Below, piece after piece: positions 37,223-47,014 of a DNA stretch of 64,000 nt (position 1 is the first letter of the stretch; every line of letters starts with the position of its first letter). Under the pieces are notes generated by a model that saw only the letters and a program-made list of their open reading frames with translations, was not told the origin of the DNA and ran no database searches. The DNA is from Acidobacteriota bacterium (GTDB lineage: Bacteria > Acidobacteriota > JAAYUB01): NCBI GenBank assembly GCA_018001935.1, contig JAGNHB010000003.1, forward strand, positions 120,975 through 184,974. The letters run 5' to 3'. The position numbers and the translations under genes were made by a program.

Positions 37223-37410
37223 ACGAAATTCACGGAATACACAAAACCTGAGAGACCTGATCGGGAAAACCCTTCACACCCTGCTGGCTTGCCTTATCGA
37301 ATTACAGAGGCCGAAGTAGTCGACAAGACGCATGCCTCTTCTTCGTCTTTTCCGAGAATTGATTCCATGCACCTGATTCGTTCGTGTATTTCGTGTATTT
37401 CGTGGTTAAT
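37223..37410. repeat. Decamer-armed palindromic element inside the operon (between hlyD and first ABC gene)
   Basis: Left arm CCACGAAATTCACGGAATACACAAAA (37223-37248); right arm TTCGTGTATTTCGTGTATTTCGTGG (37383-37408) is the inverse orientation of tandem CCACGAAATA-type units; about 130-bp core. Confidence 0.65.
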
Positions 37411-37457
37411 CTCTTGTTCCTTTTTCTTCGCTTTCCTGCGGTTGGAAGGTGGGTGAG

Positions 37458-38417
37458 ATGATCCGGTGTGAAGGGCTGACGCGGCGGTTCCGCGATGTCA
37501 CCGCGGTGGACGGGCTGGACCTTTCCGTGGAGAAGGGGGAGCTGTTCGGCCTGGTCGGGCCCGACGGCGCCGGGAAGACCACCACCATGCGCATGCTGGC
37601 GGGGATCCTGCGCCCCACCTCCGGCACGGCCAAAGTGGCGGGCCACGACATCGTCCGGGACCCGGAGGGGGTCAAGGGGAGGATCGCCTACATGGCCCAG
37701 CGGTTCGGGCTCTACGTGGACCTCACCGTGGCCGAGAACATCGCCTTCTACGGCGATCTTTACGGCGTCTCCCGGAAAGGGCGCGGGGAGCGGACGGACC
37801 GCCTCCTGACCATGGCCGGGATGGAGCCTTTCAAGCGCCGCCGCGCAGGGAACCTCTCGGGGGGGATGAAGCAGAAACTGGCGCTGGTCTGTTCCCTGAT
37901 CCACTCGCCGGAAGTGCTCCTCCTGGACGAGCCCACCAACGGCGTGGACCCCGTCTCCCGGCGGGACTTCTGGCGCATTCTCTACCAGCTCCTCCGGGAG
38001 GGGGTCACGGTGTTCGTCTCCACCGCCTACCTCGACGAGGCCGAGCGCTGTTCCCGCCTGGTACTGCTCCACAAGGGACGCCGGGTGGGTCACGGTTCGC
38101 CGGACGAGGTGAAGGGCCTGGTGCGGGGTTCCATCCTGGAAGTGCGCCTGGACGCGCCCCGGCAGGCGGCGGAATCGCTTCGCGCGGCCCTTCCGCCCGG
38201 CAGCGTCAACGTCTTCGGTGACCGGCTGCACGTGACGGCCGACGACGCCGCGGAGGGCGAGCGTGCCATCCGACGGGCCCTGGGCGCCCGGCCGGGCAAT
38301 GTCGAGATCACCGCGGTAGCCCCCTCCCTCGAGGACGTTTTCGTCTCGGTCCTCGCGCGGGAGGGCCTTTCCACCGGCGCCCCGGCACCCGGAGAGGCCG
38401 ACGGGAGGCCCAAATGA
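37458..38417 (+). CDS. ABC transporter ATP-binding protein (first of split tandem ATPase, YbhF-like)
   Basis: Walker A GPDGAGKTT, signature LSGGMKQKLAL, Walker B LLLDEPTNGVD; ATG 37458 after GGAAGGTGGGTGAG (the ORF track starts at GTG 37449). Confidence 0.9.
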   Translation: MIRCEGLTRRFRDVTAVDGLDLSVEKGELFGLVGPDGAGKTTTMRMLAGILRPTSGTAKVAGHDIVRDPEGVKGRIAYMAQRFGLYVDLTVAENIAFYGDLYGVSRKGRGERTDRLLTMAGMEPFKRRRAGNLSGGMKQKLALVCSLIHSPEVLLLDEPTNGVDPVSRRDFWRILYQLLREGVTVFVSTAYLDEAERCSRLVLLHKGRRVGHGSPDEVKGLVRGSILEVRLDAPRQAAESLRAALPPGSVNVFGDRLHVTADDAAEGERAIRRALGARPGNVEITAVAPSLEDVFVSVLAREGLSTGAPAPGEADGRPK

Positions 38418-39382
38418 ACCCGGCTGCCATCGCCGTCTCGGTCCGCGGCCTCGAGAAGCGTTTCGGCGATTTCGTCGCCGTCAACCGGATCGACCTGGAG
38501 GTCCCCGCGGGGGAGATCTTCGGCTTTCTCGGGCCCAACGGCGCCGGGAAGTCCACCACCATCCGGATGCTCTGCGGCCTCCTGGTCCCCTCCGCCGGCG
38601 AGGGGTGTGTGGCCGGGTTCGACATCCGCACGGAAACCGAGCGCATCAAGACCCGCATCGGGTACATGAGCCAGAAGTTCTCCCTCTACGACGACCTCAC
38701 CGTGGAGGAGAACCTCGACTTCTTCGCCGGGATCTACCGGATCCCGCGCAGCAAACGGCGGGAGCGGAAGGAGTGGGCGCTCGCCATGTCCGATCTCCTG
38801 GAGCACCGGAACCGGCGGACCTACACCCTGTCCGGGGGGTGGAAGCAGCGCCTGGCCCTGGGGTGCGCCGTGATGCACGAGCCGCCCATCCTCTTCCTCG
38901 ACGAGCCCACCTCGGGCGTGGACCCCAACAGCCGCCGGAAGTTCTGGGACCTCATCCACGAACTGGCCCTGCAGGGCGTCACCGTCTTCGTCACCACGCA
39001 CTACATGGACGAGGCGGAGTACTGCGACCGGGTCGCCCTGATCTACCGGGGCGAGATCATCGCCCTGGGCACGCCGGGGGGCCTCAAAACCGACATCATG
39101 TCCGACGCCGTGGTGGAAGTGGAGTGCGACCGGCCCCAGGACGCGCTGGACCTCGTGGAGCGCGCGCCGGGGGTGCGGGAGGCGGCCCTCTTCGGCCGCG
39201 GGCTGCACGCGGTGGCCTCCGACGTGGAGGAGGCGCTCGCGTCCATCCCGGCGGTGCTGTCGACCGCCGGCCTGGAGACCAAGTGCGTCCGGCGCATCAT
39301 CCCCTCCATGGAGGATGTCTTCGTATCCCTCATCGAGAGCCGGGACCGGCGGGAACGCCCGCTGGGGGAGGTGAGATCGTGA
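38414..39382 (+). CDS. ABC transporter ATP-binding protein (second ATPase)
   Basis: Walker A GPNGAGKST, signature LSGGWKQRLAL, Walker B LFLDEPTSGVD; 4-nt overlap with upstream gene. Confidence 0.9.
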   Translation: MNPAAIAVSVRGLEKRFGDFVAVNRIDLEVPAGEIFGFLGPNGAGKSTTIRMLCGLLVPSAGEGCVAGFDIRTETERIKTRIGYMSQKFSLYDDLTVEENLDFFAGIYRIPRSKRRERKEWALAMSDLLEHRNRRTYTLSGGWKQRLALGCAVMHEPPILFLDEPTSGVDPNSRRKFWDLIHELALQGVTVFVTTHYMDEAEYCDRVALIYRGEIIALGTPGGLKTDIMSDAVVEVECDRPQDALDLVERAPGVREAALFGRGLHAVASDVEEALASIPAVLSTAGLETKCVRRIIPSMEDVFVSLIESRDRRERPLGEVRS

Positions 39383-40512
39383 ACCTCCGCCGCCTGGTCG
39401 CCGTGGCCCGCAAGGAAGCTCTCCACGTGCTCCGCGACCCCCGGAGTCTGGGTTTCGCCTTCCTGATCCCCATGCTCCTTCTGATTCTCTTCGGGTTTGC
39501 GCTCACCCTGGACGTGGACCACGTCCCCATCGTCGTGTGGGACCAATCCCACACGGCCGCGAGCCGGGAACTCGTGGCCCGCTTCGCGGGGTCGCGCTAT
39601 TTCACCCTGACGAAGCAGGTGGACCGCTACAAGGAGATCGAGCACGACCTGGACACGGGCCAGGCCCTGTGCGCCCTGATCATCCCCCGGGATTACGCCC
39701 GGAACCTCGTGAACCGGCGGAGCGCCACGGTCCAGTTCCTCCTGGACGGGAGCGATGCCAACACCGGGTCGCTGGCCCTGGGCTACGCGGAGTCCGTCGT
39801 GTCGTCCCAGTCGGAAAGCGTCATGGTGAAGGAGGCCCGCCGCAAGGCCCCCCAGCCGCCGCGCCCCCCCCTGGAGCCGCGCCCCCGGGTCTGGTACAAC
39901 CCTGACCTGGAATCGCGAAACCTGATTATTCCCGGGCAGATCGCCGTCATCATGGTGGTGCTGGCCTCCCTGCTCACCTCCCTCACCTTCGCCCGGGAAT
40001 GGGAGAACGGGACGATGGAACAACTGGTCTCGACGCCCGTCACGGGAGCGGAACTCGTGATGGGGAAACTCCTCCCTTACGTGATCATCGGCCTGGCGGA
40101 CGTGGGGATCGCCATGCTCGCCACGCGCTATGTTTTCGAGGTCACCATGCGGGGGAACGCCCTCCTCCTCCTGGCCCTGGCCTTCGTCTTCCTCGTGGGG
40201 GCCCTGGCCATGGGGATGCTCATCAGCATCCTCCTGAAGTCCCAGCTCCTGGCCAGCCAGCTCTCCATGATGGTGACGTACCTTCCCGCCATCCTGCTGT
40301 CGGGCCTCGTCTTCGCCATCAAGAACATGCCGGCGTTCGTCCAGTACCTCACCTACCTCTTCCCTGCCCGTTATTTCATGTCGGTGATCAAGGGGATCTA
40401 TCTGAAGGGGCTCGGACTCGAGGAGATGGGGGGCGAGGTGGTTTTGCTCCTCGTGTTCGCGACGGCCATGGTCCTGCTTTGCATCCTGCGCTTCCGCAAG
40501 CGCATCGCGTGA
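39379..40512 (+). CDS. ABC-2 type transporter permease
   Basis: GTG 39379 overlapping the upstream stop (GTGA); the listed ORF 38605..40512 has an out-of-frame N-terminal extension; 6 TM; start VNLRRLVAVARKEALHVLRDPRS parallels the paralog at 40521. Confidence 0.8.
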   Translation: MNLRRLVAVARKEALHVLRDPRSLGFAFLIPMLLLILFGFALTLDVDHVPIVVWDQSHTAASRELVARFAGSRYFTLTKQVDRYKEIEHDLDTGQALCALIIPRDYARNLVNRRSATVQFLLDGSDANTGSLALGYAESVVSSQSESVMVKEARRKAPQPPRPPLEPRPRVWYNPDLESRNLIIPGQIAVIMVVLASLLTSLTFAREWENGTMEQLVSTPVTGAELVMGKLLPYVIIGLADVGIAMLATRYVFEVTMRGNALLLLALAFVFLVGALAMGMLISILLKSQLLASQLSMMVTYLPAILLSGLVFAIKNMPAFVQYLTYLFPARYFMSVIKGIYLKGLGLEEMGGEVVLLLVFATAMVLLCILRFRKRIA

Positions 40513-40520
40513 GGTGACCC

Positions 40521-41648
40521 GTGTGGGAGCGCATCCGGCACATGATCCGCAAGGAGTTCATCCAGGTCCTTCGGGACCCGCGCACGCGAGGCGTCATCTT
40601 CGTCCTCCCCATCGTCCAGCTCCTGGTCTTCAGCTACGCCGTGAACACGGACGTGACCCACATCGCCCTGGCGGTGCGGGACGCCGACGGGACCGCCGCC
40701 AGTCGAGCCCTCGTCACGCGATTCACCGGTTCGGGCTACTTCGACCGGGTCTTCGATGCCGCCGACGAGCGGGACATCCAGCACGCCATGGACCACGGCT
40801 GGGTCCAGGCCACGCTGGACATCCCCCGCGGGTTCGGCGCCGAACTGGAGGGCGGACGCACGGCGGAAGTCCAGTTCCTGCTCGACGGGTCGGACTCCAA
40901 CACCTCGGGCATCATCCAGCAGTACGCCATCGGGATTCTCGGCGTCTACAACTCCGAGCAACTGAAACTCCGCATCCGCCGCCTGACCGGCGAAGCGCCC
41001 GCCGGCGGGGTGGAGTTACGCGCGCGGGCTTTCTTCAACGAGAACCTGGACAGCCGCAACTTCTTCATCCCCGGCGTGATCGCCCTCATGATCACCCTGG
41101 TGACCCTGATCCTCACCAGCCTGGCCGTGGTCCGGGAGAAGGAGGCGGGGACCATGGAACAGCTCATGGTGACCCCTATCCGGCCCAAGGAGATCATCAT
41201 CGGAAAGACGGTCCCCTTCGCCGTCATCGGTTTCGTGGACATCATCCTGGTGACCGTCGTGGGCGTCGCGTGGTTCGGCGTCCCGATCCGCGGAAATCTT
41301 CTCCTCCTCGCCGGGGCCACGGTGATCTACCTCCTCTCCACCCTGGGGATCGGCCTCTTCATCTCCACCATCAGCGGGACCCAGCAGCAGGCCCTCATGA
41401 GCACCTTCTTCTTCTTCCTGCCCGCCATCATGTTGAGTGGTTTCATGTTCCCCATCGCCAACATGCCGGAGGCCGTCCAGTGGATCACCTACGCCAACCC
41501 CATGCGCTACTACCTGGTGATCGTGCGTTTCATCTTCCTGAAGGGGGTCGGTGCGGACCTCCTCTGGCCTTACATCGCCGTCCTGGCCGGGATGGGTTTC
41601 GCCACCCTGGGCGCCGCTGTGCTCCGCTTCCGCAAGACCCTCCAGTAG
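40521..41648 (+). CDS. ABC-2 type transporter permease (paralog)
   Basis: 375 aa; VWERIRHMIRKEFIQVLRDPRTRG; 6 TM; GAGGTGA SD. Confidence 0.8.
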   Translation: MWERIRHMIRKEFIQVLRDPRTRGVIFVLPIVQLLVFSYAVNTDVTHIALAVRDADGTAASRALVTRFTGSGYFDRVFDAADERDIQHAMDHGWVQATLDIPRGFGAELEGGRTAEVQFLLDGSDSNTSGIIQQYAIGILGVYNSEQLKLRIRRLTGEAPAGGVELRARAFFNENLDSRNFFIPGVIALMITLVTLILTSLAVVREKEAGTMEQLMVTPIRPKEIIIGKTVPFAVIGFVDIILVTVVGVAWFGVPIRGNLLLLAGATVIYLLSTLGIGLFISTISGTQQQALMSTFFFFLPAIMLSGFMFPIANMPEAVQWITYANPMRYYLVIVRFIFLKGVGADLLWPYIAVLAGMGFATLGAAVLRFRKTLQ

Positions 41649-41714
41649 TGCGGCCCTCCGGCCTGCGACGGTGACGTAGCGCGGGGCTCCGTCCCGCGCA
41701 CGGTCCCGCCGCGG

Positions 41715-41738
41715 CGAGATCGTCCATCGCCCGGAGGG
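41715..41738. repeat. Conserved small hairpin motif CCATCGCCC-GGAG-GGGCGATGG-TAC (second copy; first at 20381-20404)
   Basis: The two copies differ in the stem by a compensatory pair (G:C vs A:T at the same stem position), preserving the 9-bp stem and GGAG loop. Confidence 0.6.
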
Positions 41739-42045
41739 CGATGGTACAGGGGACGCAGCGCGGCGCTCCGGGCCGCGCACGAGTGGAATCAGCCGGCCTG
41801 CGCCTTTGCGTGAGGCCTTTCACACCGATCCTATCCAGCGGCGCCCGGAATGGGTGTATCTTCACCTGTCAAGGCGCCAGGCGAAATGATCGTAGCTATG
41901 TCTCACTGAAAAGAAAAGAGATGTGTTTTTGCTCGCTATGTCTTGTTGATAGAGTAGGATTTAGGTAGCATCTGGCACCATTCTCGTTGTCTTGATCGAC
42001 GGTTTAGGCTATATTTCCATCCGTCAATCTTTTCGGGAGCGATGC

Positions 42046-43023
42046 ATGCCCGCCAACCTGACCCCCCAGTACCTGGACGCCGAGGAACAGTACAAGCGGG
42101 CCGCCACCGCCGAGGAAAAACGGGCGGCCCTCGAGGAGATGTACGCCCTCCTGCCCAAGCACAAGGGGACGGAGAAACTCCAGGCGGAGATCAAGAAGAA
42201 GCTCTCCCAGCTCAAGAAGGACCAGGAGAGCGCCAAGGGGCCCCAGCGGCACGACCCCACCGCGATCCCCCGGGAGGGGGCGGGGCGCGTGGTGCTGGTC
42301 GGCCCGCCCAACGCGGGAAAGAGCGCCCTGCTGCGGGCCCTGAGTTCGGCGGAGCCCGAGGTGGCGCCCTACGCCTTCACCACCCGCTTGCCCGAGCAGG
42401 GGATGGCGCCGTGGGAGGACATCCAGGTCCAGGTGCTCGACCTGCCGGCCGTCAGTCGGGAATTCATGGAGAACTGGGTCCCCGCCGTCATCCGGACCGG
42501 CGACCTGGCCCTCCTGGTGGCCGACCCGTCCAGCCCCGGCGTCCTGGAGGAGATCGAGGAAGTGGAGACGATCCTCCGGGAGCACAAGGTCTGGTTGAGC
42601 CGGTGCGATGGGGAACTCCCCCGGGGCGGCATCGTGGTGAGGGCCCTCCTGGTGGTCAACAAGATCGACCTGGCCGGCCCCGAGAGCGCCCAGGTGGTGG
42701 GCGAGTTCTTCGGGGACCGGTACCCCGTCCTTGCGGTGTCCGCCGAAGGCGGAGACGGCGTGGGGGAACTCCGGGCGGCCATCGTCCGGGAGCTGAACAT
42801 CGTCCGGGTCTACACGAAGATCCCCGGGAAGCCCTTCGTGAAGGAAAAGCCCTACGCCCTTCGGCGGGGGAGCGACCTGATGGACCTTTGCGCCATGGTC
42901 CACAAGGATTTTTCGGAGAAGCTCTCCTTCGCCCGCATCTGGGGGACCCACAAGTACGAGGGCCAGCGCGTCAACCGGGACTACGTCCTGGAAGACGGCG
43001 ACGTGGTGGAACTCCACCTTTAA
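42046..43023 (+). CDS. GTP-binding protein of the OBG/DRG family with C-terminal TGS domain
   Basis: In ORF 41992..43023; ATG 42046 (GGGAG SD); G1 GPPNAGKSAL, G3 DLPA..., G4 NKID; C-terminal TGS-like ...VYTKIPGKP...GDVVELHL. Confidence 0.75.
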   Translation: MPANLTPQYLDAEEQYKRAATAEEKRAALEEMYALLPKHKGTEKLQAEIKKKLSQLKKDQESAKGPQRHDPTAIPREGAGRVVLVGPPNAGKSALLRALSSAEPEVAPYAFTTRLPEQGMAPWEDIQVQVLDLPAVSREFMENWVPAVIRTGDLALLVADPSSPGVLEEIEEVETILREHKVWLSRCDGELPRGGIVVRALLVVNKIDLAGPESAQVVGEFFGDRYPVLAVSAEGGDGVGELRAAIVRELNIVRVYTKIPGKPFVKEKPYALRRGSDLMDLCAMVHKDFSEKLSFARIWGTHKYEGQRVNRDYVLEDGDVVELHL

Positions 43024-43072
43024 CCACGGATGGACACGGATGGACACGGATGCATTCATCCGTCGTTTGTCT
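43024..43072 (+). terminator. Tandem decamer repeat (CCACGGATGGACACGGATGGACACGGATG) running into a small hairpin and T-rich tail; likely terminator
   Basis: ACGGATG-CATT-CATCCGT hairpin (43046-43063) followed by CGTTTGTCT; immediately after stop 43023. Confidence 0.5.
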
Positions 43073-43209
43073 CCCCGCTCTCTCGGGGCAAGGCATCACG
43101 AAAGGCTTGACTTCACCCGGTCCCGAGAGGAAAATCCACCGTTTGCGCGCGGGGTGCCGTCACCCCGGCGGCAAGTCCCGGGGGACGTGAGCCCCGCAGG
43201 AGGCGAAGG

Positions 43210-44349
43210 TTGAGCAAGCGAGACTACTACGAGGTCCTCGGGGTGTCGAAAGGCGCCTCGGCGGACGAGATCAAGAAAGCTTACCGACAGATGGCCCTCC
43301 AGTACCACCCGGACAAGAACCCGGGGAACAAGGAGGCCGAGGAGAAGTTCAAGGAAGCCGCCGAGGCCTACAGTATCCTGGGGAATCCCGACAAGCGGGC
43401 CCAGTACGACCGTTTCGGCCACGCCGGCGTCTCGGGCGGGGGGTTCAACGGCAATTTCGACCCGTCCGTCTTCGGCGACTTCTCGGACATCTTCGAGAGC
43501 GTCTTCGGCTTCGGCGACCTCTTCGGCCGCGGTTCGTCCCGCGGCCGCACCCGGGCCCAGCGCGGGAACGACCTCCAGTACGAGATCAAGATCTCCTTCC
43601 TCGACAGCGCCTTCGGCACCGAAACCAAGCTGCGAATCCCGGTGATGGAGACCTGCGCGGAGTGCGGCGGCTCGGGGGCCGCCAAGGGGACGGGGCCGGT
43701 CACCTGCCCCACCTGCAACGGCGGCGGCCAGGTCCGCTACCAGCAGGGTTTCTTCACCATCGCGCGCACCTGTTCCCACTGCAACGGGGCGGGCAAGATC
43801 ATCCGCAACCCCTGTCCCGAGTGCCACGGCAAGACCCGTGTCCGGAAGGAGAAGACCATCGAGGCGAAGATTCCCCCCGGGATCTCCACCGACACCCGCC
43901 TCCGGCTCCAGGGCCAGGGTGAGGCCGGGGTGCACGGGGGCCCCCCCGGCGACCTCTACATTCTCGTCTACGTGGAGGAGCACCCCTTCTTCAACCGCGA
44001 AGGGTCCGACCTCCTGCTGGAGATGCCCGTCTCTCTGGCCCAGGCGGCCCTCGGCACCGACCTGACGGTCCCCACCCTCTACGGGGACGAGCGGCTGAAA
44101 GTCCCCGCCGGCACCCAGCCCGACGCGGTCATCACTTTGAAAGGGCGGGGGATGCCCGAGATCGGCGGTGGCCGCCGGGGCGATCTCTACGTCCGGGTCA
44201 AGGTGGACGTCCCACGAAAGCTCTCGCGGGAACAGCGGAAGATACTCGAGGATTTCGCCGCAGTCTCGGACAAGGAGATGCAGTCGAGCCAGAAGCAGTT
44301 CCTCGGCCGGATCCGGGACAGCGTCCAGCGGCCCCGGAAAGGCAACTGA
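43210..44349 (+). CDS. dnaJ: Molecular chaperone DnaJ
   Basis: J-domain [37 protein letters not shown] (HPD), G/F region, four CxxCxGxG zinc-finger repeats ([32 protein letters not shown]); TTG start with GGAGG SD. Confidence 0.95.
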   Translation: MSKRDYYEVLGVSKGASADEIKKAYRQMALQYHPDKNPGNKEAEEKFKEAAEAYSILGNPDKRAQYDRFGHAGVSGGGFNGNFDPSVFGDFSDIFESVFGFGDLFGRGSSRGRTRAQRGNDLQYEIKISFLDSAFGTETKLRIPVMETCAECGGSGAAKGTGPVTCPTCNGGGQVRYQQGFFTIARTCSHCNGAGKIIRNPCPECHGKTRVRKEKTIEAKIPPGISTDTRLRLQGQGEAGVHGGPPGDLYILVYVEEHPFFNREGSDLLLEMPVSLAQAALGTDLTVPTLYGDERLKVPAGTQPDAVITLKGRGMPEIGGGRRGDLYVRVKVDVPRKLSREQRKILEDFAAVSDKEMQSSQKQFLGRIRDSVQRPRKGN

Positions 44350-44365
44350 GGGGCGGGGGGACGGC

Positions 44366-45286
44366 ATGGCGGACCTGCCCGCGGAAGACCTGCTGTTGGA
44401 AGTCACCGTCCCGGCCGACGCCGAGGACCTCGCGTCCTGCGTGTTCCTCGACCTGGGCACCCGGGGGGTCCAACCCCTGGCGGGGCCGAGCGGCGGCACG
44501 GTCCTGCAGGCCTGGTTCGACGCCGCCCTCGAACCCCAACCGCTGGTGGCCGAAGCGGTTTCCCGACTGTCGGCGTACATCCCCGGCGCCTCCTTCTCAC
44601 CCCGGTGGTCCCGGGTGCCCCGTCACGACTGGGTGGCCGAGACCCGGCACAACTTCGTGCCCATCCCCGCGGGGGAGCACTTCCTGATTCACGCCTCGTG
44701 GAACCGGCCGGACGACCTCCGGGGGCGCCTCCCCATCCAGGTCGATCCGGGGGAGGCGTTCGGCACGGGCTCGCACGAGACCACCCGCCTCTGCCTCACC
44801 CTCCTGGAAAAGCACTTCGACGGCGGCTTCCGGCGCGTGCTGGACGCCGGCTGCGGGAGCGGGATCCTGCTCATCGCCGCCGCCCGGTGGCTGGAAAAGC
44901 TCCGGGCCGATGGGCGGGCGGGCCGGCCGGGCGAGTACTTCTTCGCCGGCATCGACATCGAGGAGCCCAGCGTGGAGGTCAGCCGGAAGAACCTCGCCCT
45001 GAACGGGGTGGAGGTCCCCGCCGACATCCGGCTCTGCGACCTGGAGCACTTCTCGGCGCCCCCCTTCGACTGGGTTTTCGCCAACATCCTCTCCGGGGTG
45101 ATCCTGGCCAACCGGAAGCAGCTGGACACCCTCCTGAAGCCGGGCGGGCGGATCCTGCTCACCGGGGTGCTGGCTTCCGAGGAGCCCGGTTTCCTGCCGC
45201 CCGTCATGGAGCTTGGCTGGGTGTTGCGGGAGCGCGCCCAGGAGGGGGAGTGGGCCGCCTGGGTCTTCGGCAAGCCGCCGGCCTGA
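44366..45286 (+). CDS. prmA: Ribosomal protein L11 methyltransferase
   Basis: In ORF 44168..45286; ATG 44366 (17 nt after dnaJ stop); SAM motif VLDAGCGSGILLIAAA and PrmA substrate-recognition N-domain; classic dnaJ-prmA adjacency. Confidence 0.85.
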   Translation: MADLPAEDLLLEVTVPADAEDLASCVFLDLGTRGVQPLAGPSGGTVLQAWFDAALEPQPLVAEAVSRLSAYIPGASFSPRWSRVPRHDWVAETRHNFVPIPAGEHFLIHASWNRPDDLRGRLPIQVDPGEAFGTGSHETTRLCLTLLEKHFDGGFRRVLDAGCGSGILLIAAARWLEKLRADGRAGRPGEYFFAGIDIEEPSVEVSRKNLALNGVEVPADIRLCDLEHFSAPPFDWVFANILSGVILANRKQLDTLLKPGGRILLTGVLASEEPGFLPPVMELGWVLRERAQEGEWAAWVFGKPPA

Positions 45287-45485
45287 CCCGGGTCGAAACC
45301 GGCGGCTGCGGGAGCGGGGGAATCTCCGCCCCCGGGGTCATGCCCGGCCGGCAAACCCTTTCCCCCGACGCTCAAGCGTTCGACTCCACCCAGCCGCAAA
45401 GAACGCAGAGAACACAAAGAAAGATAAGGCTTTACATACACTTTCCTCTTCGTTTCCCGACTTTTTGCGACCGCGTCATCGTTGA

Positions 45486-46382
45486 TTAACGCGTCTGAAA
45501 CCAGAAAGAAGCCCCGTTGAAGATCGGCTCCCTCCCGACGGCCTCCCCGAAGACCGCCTGCATGGCGGCCGCGCGGGTGCGCGACATGAAGTGGGTGGCG
45601 AAGACCACCTCGCACCGCGGGTTGCCGGCCAGGAAGGCGTGGAGGAGGTACTGCTCGGTGTAGAACATCCGCACGTAGACGTCGGGGTAGTCGAAGGGGA
45701 TGAACACGTCGTGAACGTGCACCAGCACGCCGGGGGGAAGGGACGGGAGGACCCGGCAGTAGAGGAAAGGCAGGTCCCCGCCCCGGCGGCAGACGTGGCT
45801 GGAGTCGATGAACAGCAGGGTCCCCGGGCCAGGGAGGTCGGCCAGGAGCGAGCTGTCCTCCACCCGCCGGTACTCGACGGCGTGGGCGAGGTTTTCGACG
45901 GCGCGACGGGGGGCGGGGTCGATGACCCGGATCTTCGACGGGAGCCCCAGGTGGTCAACGGCCGCCCGGGCGACGGCGGTGCTGTAGCCCGACCCCACCT
46001 CGGTGACGGCCGTCGGCCGGAACCACCGGATCATGGCAGCGTAGAGCTCGGCGTCGGGGGTGGGGTAGAACCCGTTGTGAATCAGGCCGCGGGCGGCGTA
46101 GTCGACCCCCCGGAAGCCGGGGTTGATGCCGGGGTCGCCCCGCAGCCGCGCGAAGAGGCGGCGGCAGTCGTCGTCCCCGAGCGGGCCGAGAAAGGCCGCC
46201 ATCTTCTCCGCGTCGAGGAGGAGGCCCTCGTCGCCCGACCGGTACCGGGGGGCCAGGCCGTCCTCCTCCCGGAACCCGGGGGGGATCAGTTCGGACCGGA
46301 GGGTGTCCAGGAGGCGGAGGTCCGCTTTCGACAGGAAGCGCAGGCCGGTTTTGCGGGCGATACGGTTCCAGGTGCTGCTCAC
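45486..46382 (-). CDS. Class I SAM-dependent methyltransferase (O-methyltransferase-like)
   Basis: In ORF 45486..46643, whose N-terminal ~85 aa run through the repeat element and tRNA region and are not genic; probable GTG start 46382; VTEVGSGYSTAVARAAVDHLG (SAM motif I-like), LLFIDSSHV. Confidence 0.55.
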   Translation of the reverse strand: MSSTWNRIARKTGLRFLSKADLRLLDTLRSELIPPGFREEDGLAPRYRSGDEGLLLDAEKMAAFLGPLGDDDCRRLFARLRGDPGINPGFRGVDYAARGLIHNGFYPTPDAELYAAMIRWFRPTAVTEVGSGYSTAVARAAVDHLGLPSKIRVIDPAPRRAVENLAHAVEYRRVEDSSLLADLPGPGTLLFIDSSHVCRRGGDLPFLYCRVLPSLPPGVLVHVHDVFIPFDYPDVYVRMFYTEQYLLHAFLAGNPRCEVVFATHFMSRTRAAAMQAVFGEAVGREPIFNGASFWFQTR

Positions 46383-46394
46383 GTTTGATGCTCC

Positions 46395-46530
46395 CGCAAT
46401 CAGTCGCCAACTGGATATTTCCCGCGAAAAACGCCAATTGACGCGAATAACGAATACAACTAAATGAAAGGACTTGTGATATTCCGATTCGCGAAGATTC
46501 GCGGGTGTAAACAGACTTTTTTCACGGCCG
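46395..46530. repeat. Copy C of the GATTCGCG-rich palindromic intergenic element
   Basis: AGTCGCCAACTGGATATTTCCCGCGAAAAACGCC...TTCCGATTCGCGAAGATTCGCGGG...GACTTTTTTCACGG aligns with copies A and B. Confidence 0.7.
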
Positions 46531-46544
46531 CCCTCTTCGAGGCC

Positions 46545-46585
46545 CCCTAAAAAACGGGGCCGGCGCACGCGGCGCCGGCCCGGGG
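46545..46585 (-). terminator. Rho-independent terminator downstream of tRNA-Ser (minus strand)
   Basis: Minus strand: GGCCGGCGCCGCGTGCGCCGGCC hairpin then CCGTTTTTTAGGGGG. Confidence 0.7.
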
Positions 46586-46675
<90 letters not shown>

Positions 46676-46710
46676 GGGAAAAATCGAAAGAACCATCGGC
46701 CCAAGAACGC

Positions 46711-46745
46711 CGGATTCTACCCGCTCGGCACCTTGAAAGCAACGG
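46711..46745 (-). promoter_or_regulatory. Candidate promoter for tRNA-Ser
   Basis: Minus strand TTGCTT - 17 nt - TAGAAT about 45 nt upstream of the tRNA 5' end. Confidence 0.4.
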
Positions 46746-47014
46746 TTTTTTACTGAGCCGCTCATATTCCCTCCCCCTCTTTCCCGAAGAACGCGACGTG
46801 AACCCTTTTTTCCTCTGCGGAGTGCGGCGCGCAGGCTGCCGGAGCGCCGCTTTGAACGCGCCGCGCAGGCTGCCGGAGCGGCGCGGTCCGGTCCCCCCAG
46901 ACAGCGGGCCACCCCGAACCGCCTGGACACGGACTGCGTGGAAGCCCTCTGCTCGTGCCTCCCCGAGGTGGAGGCGATCCAGCGGCGGTTTTTCGACCCC
47001 GAAGCGCCCGGGGT

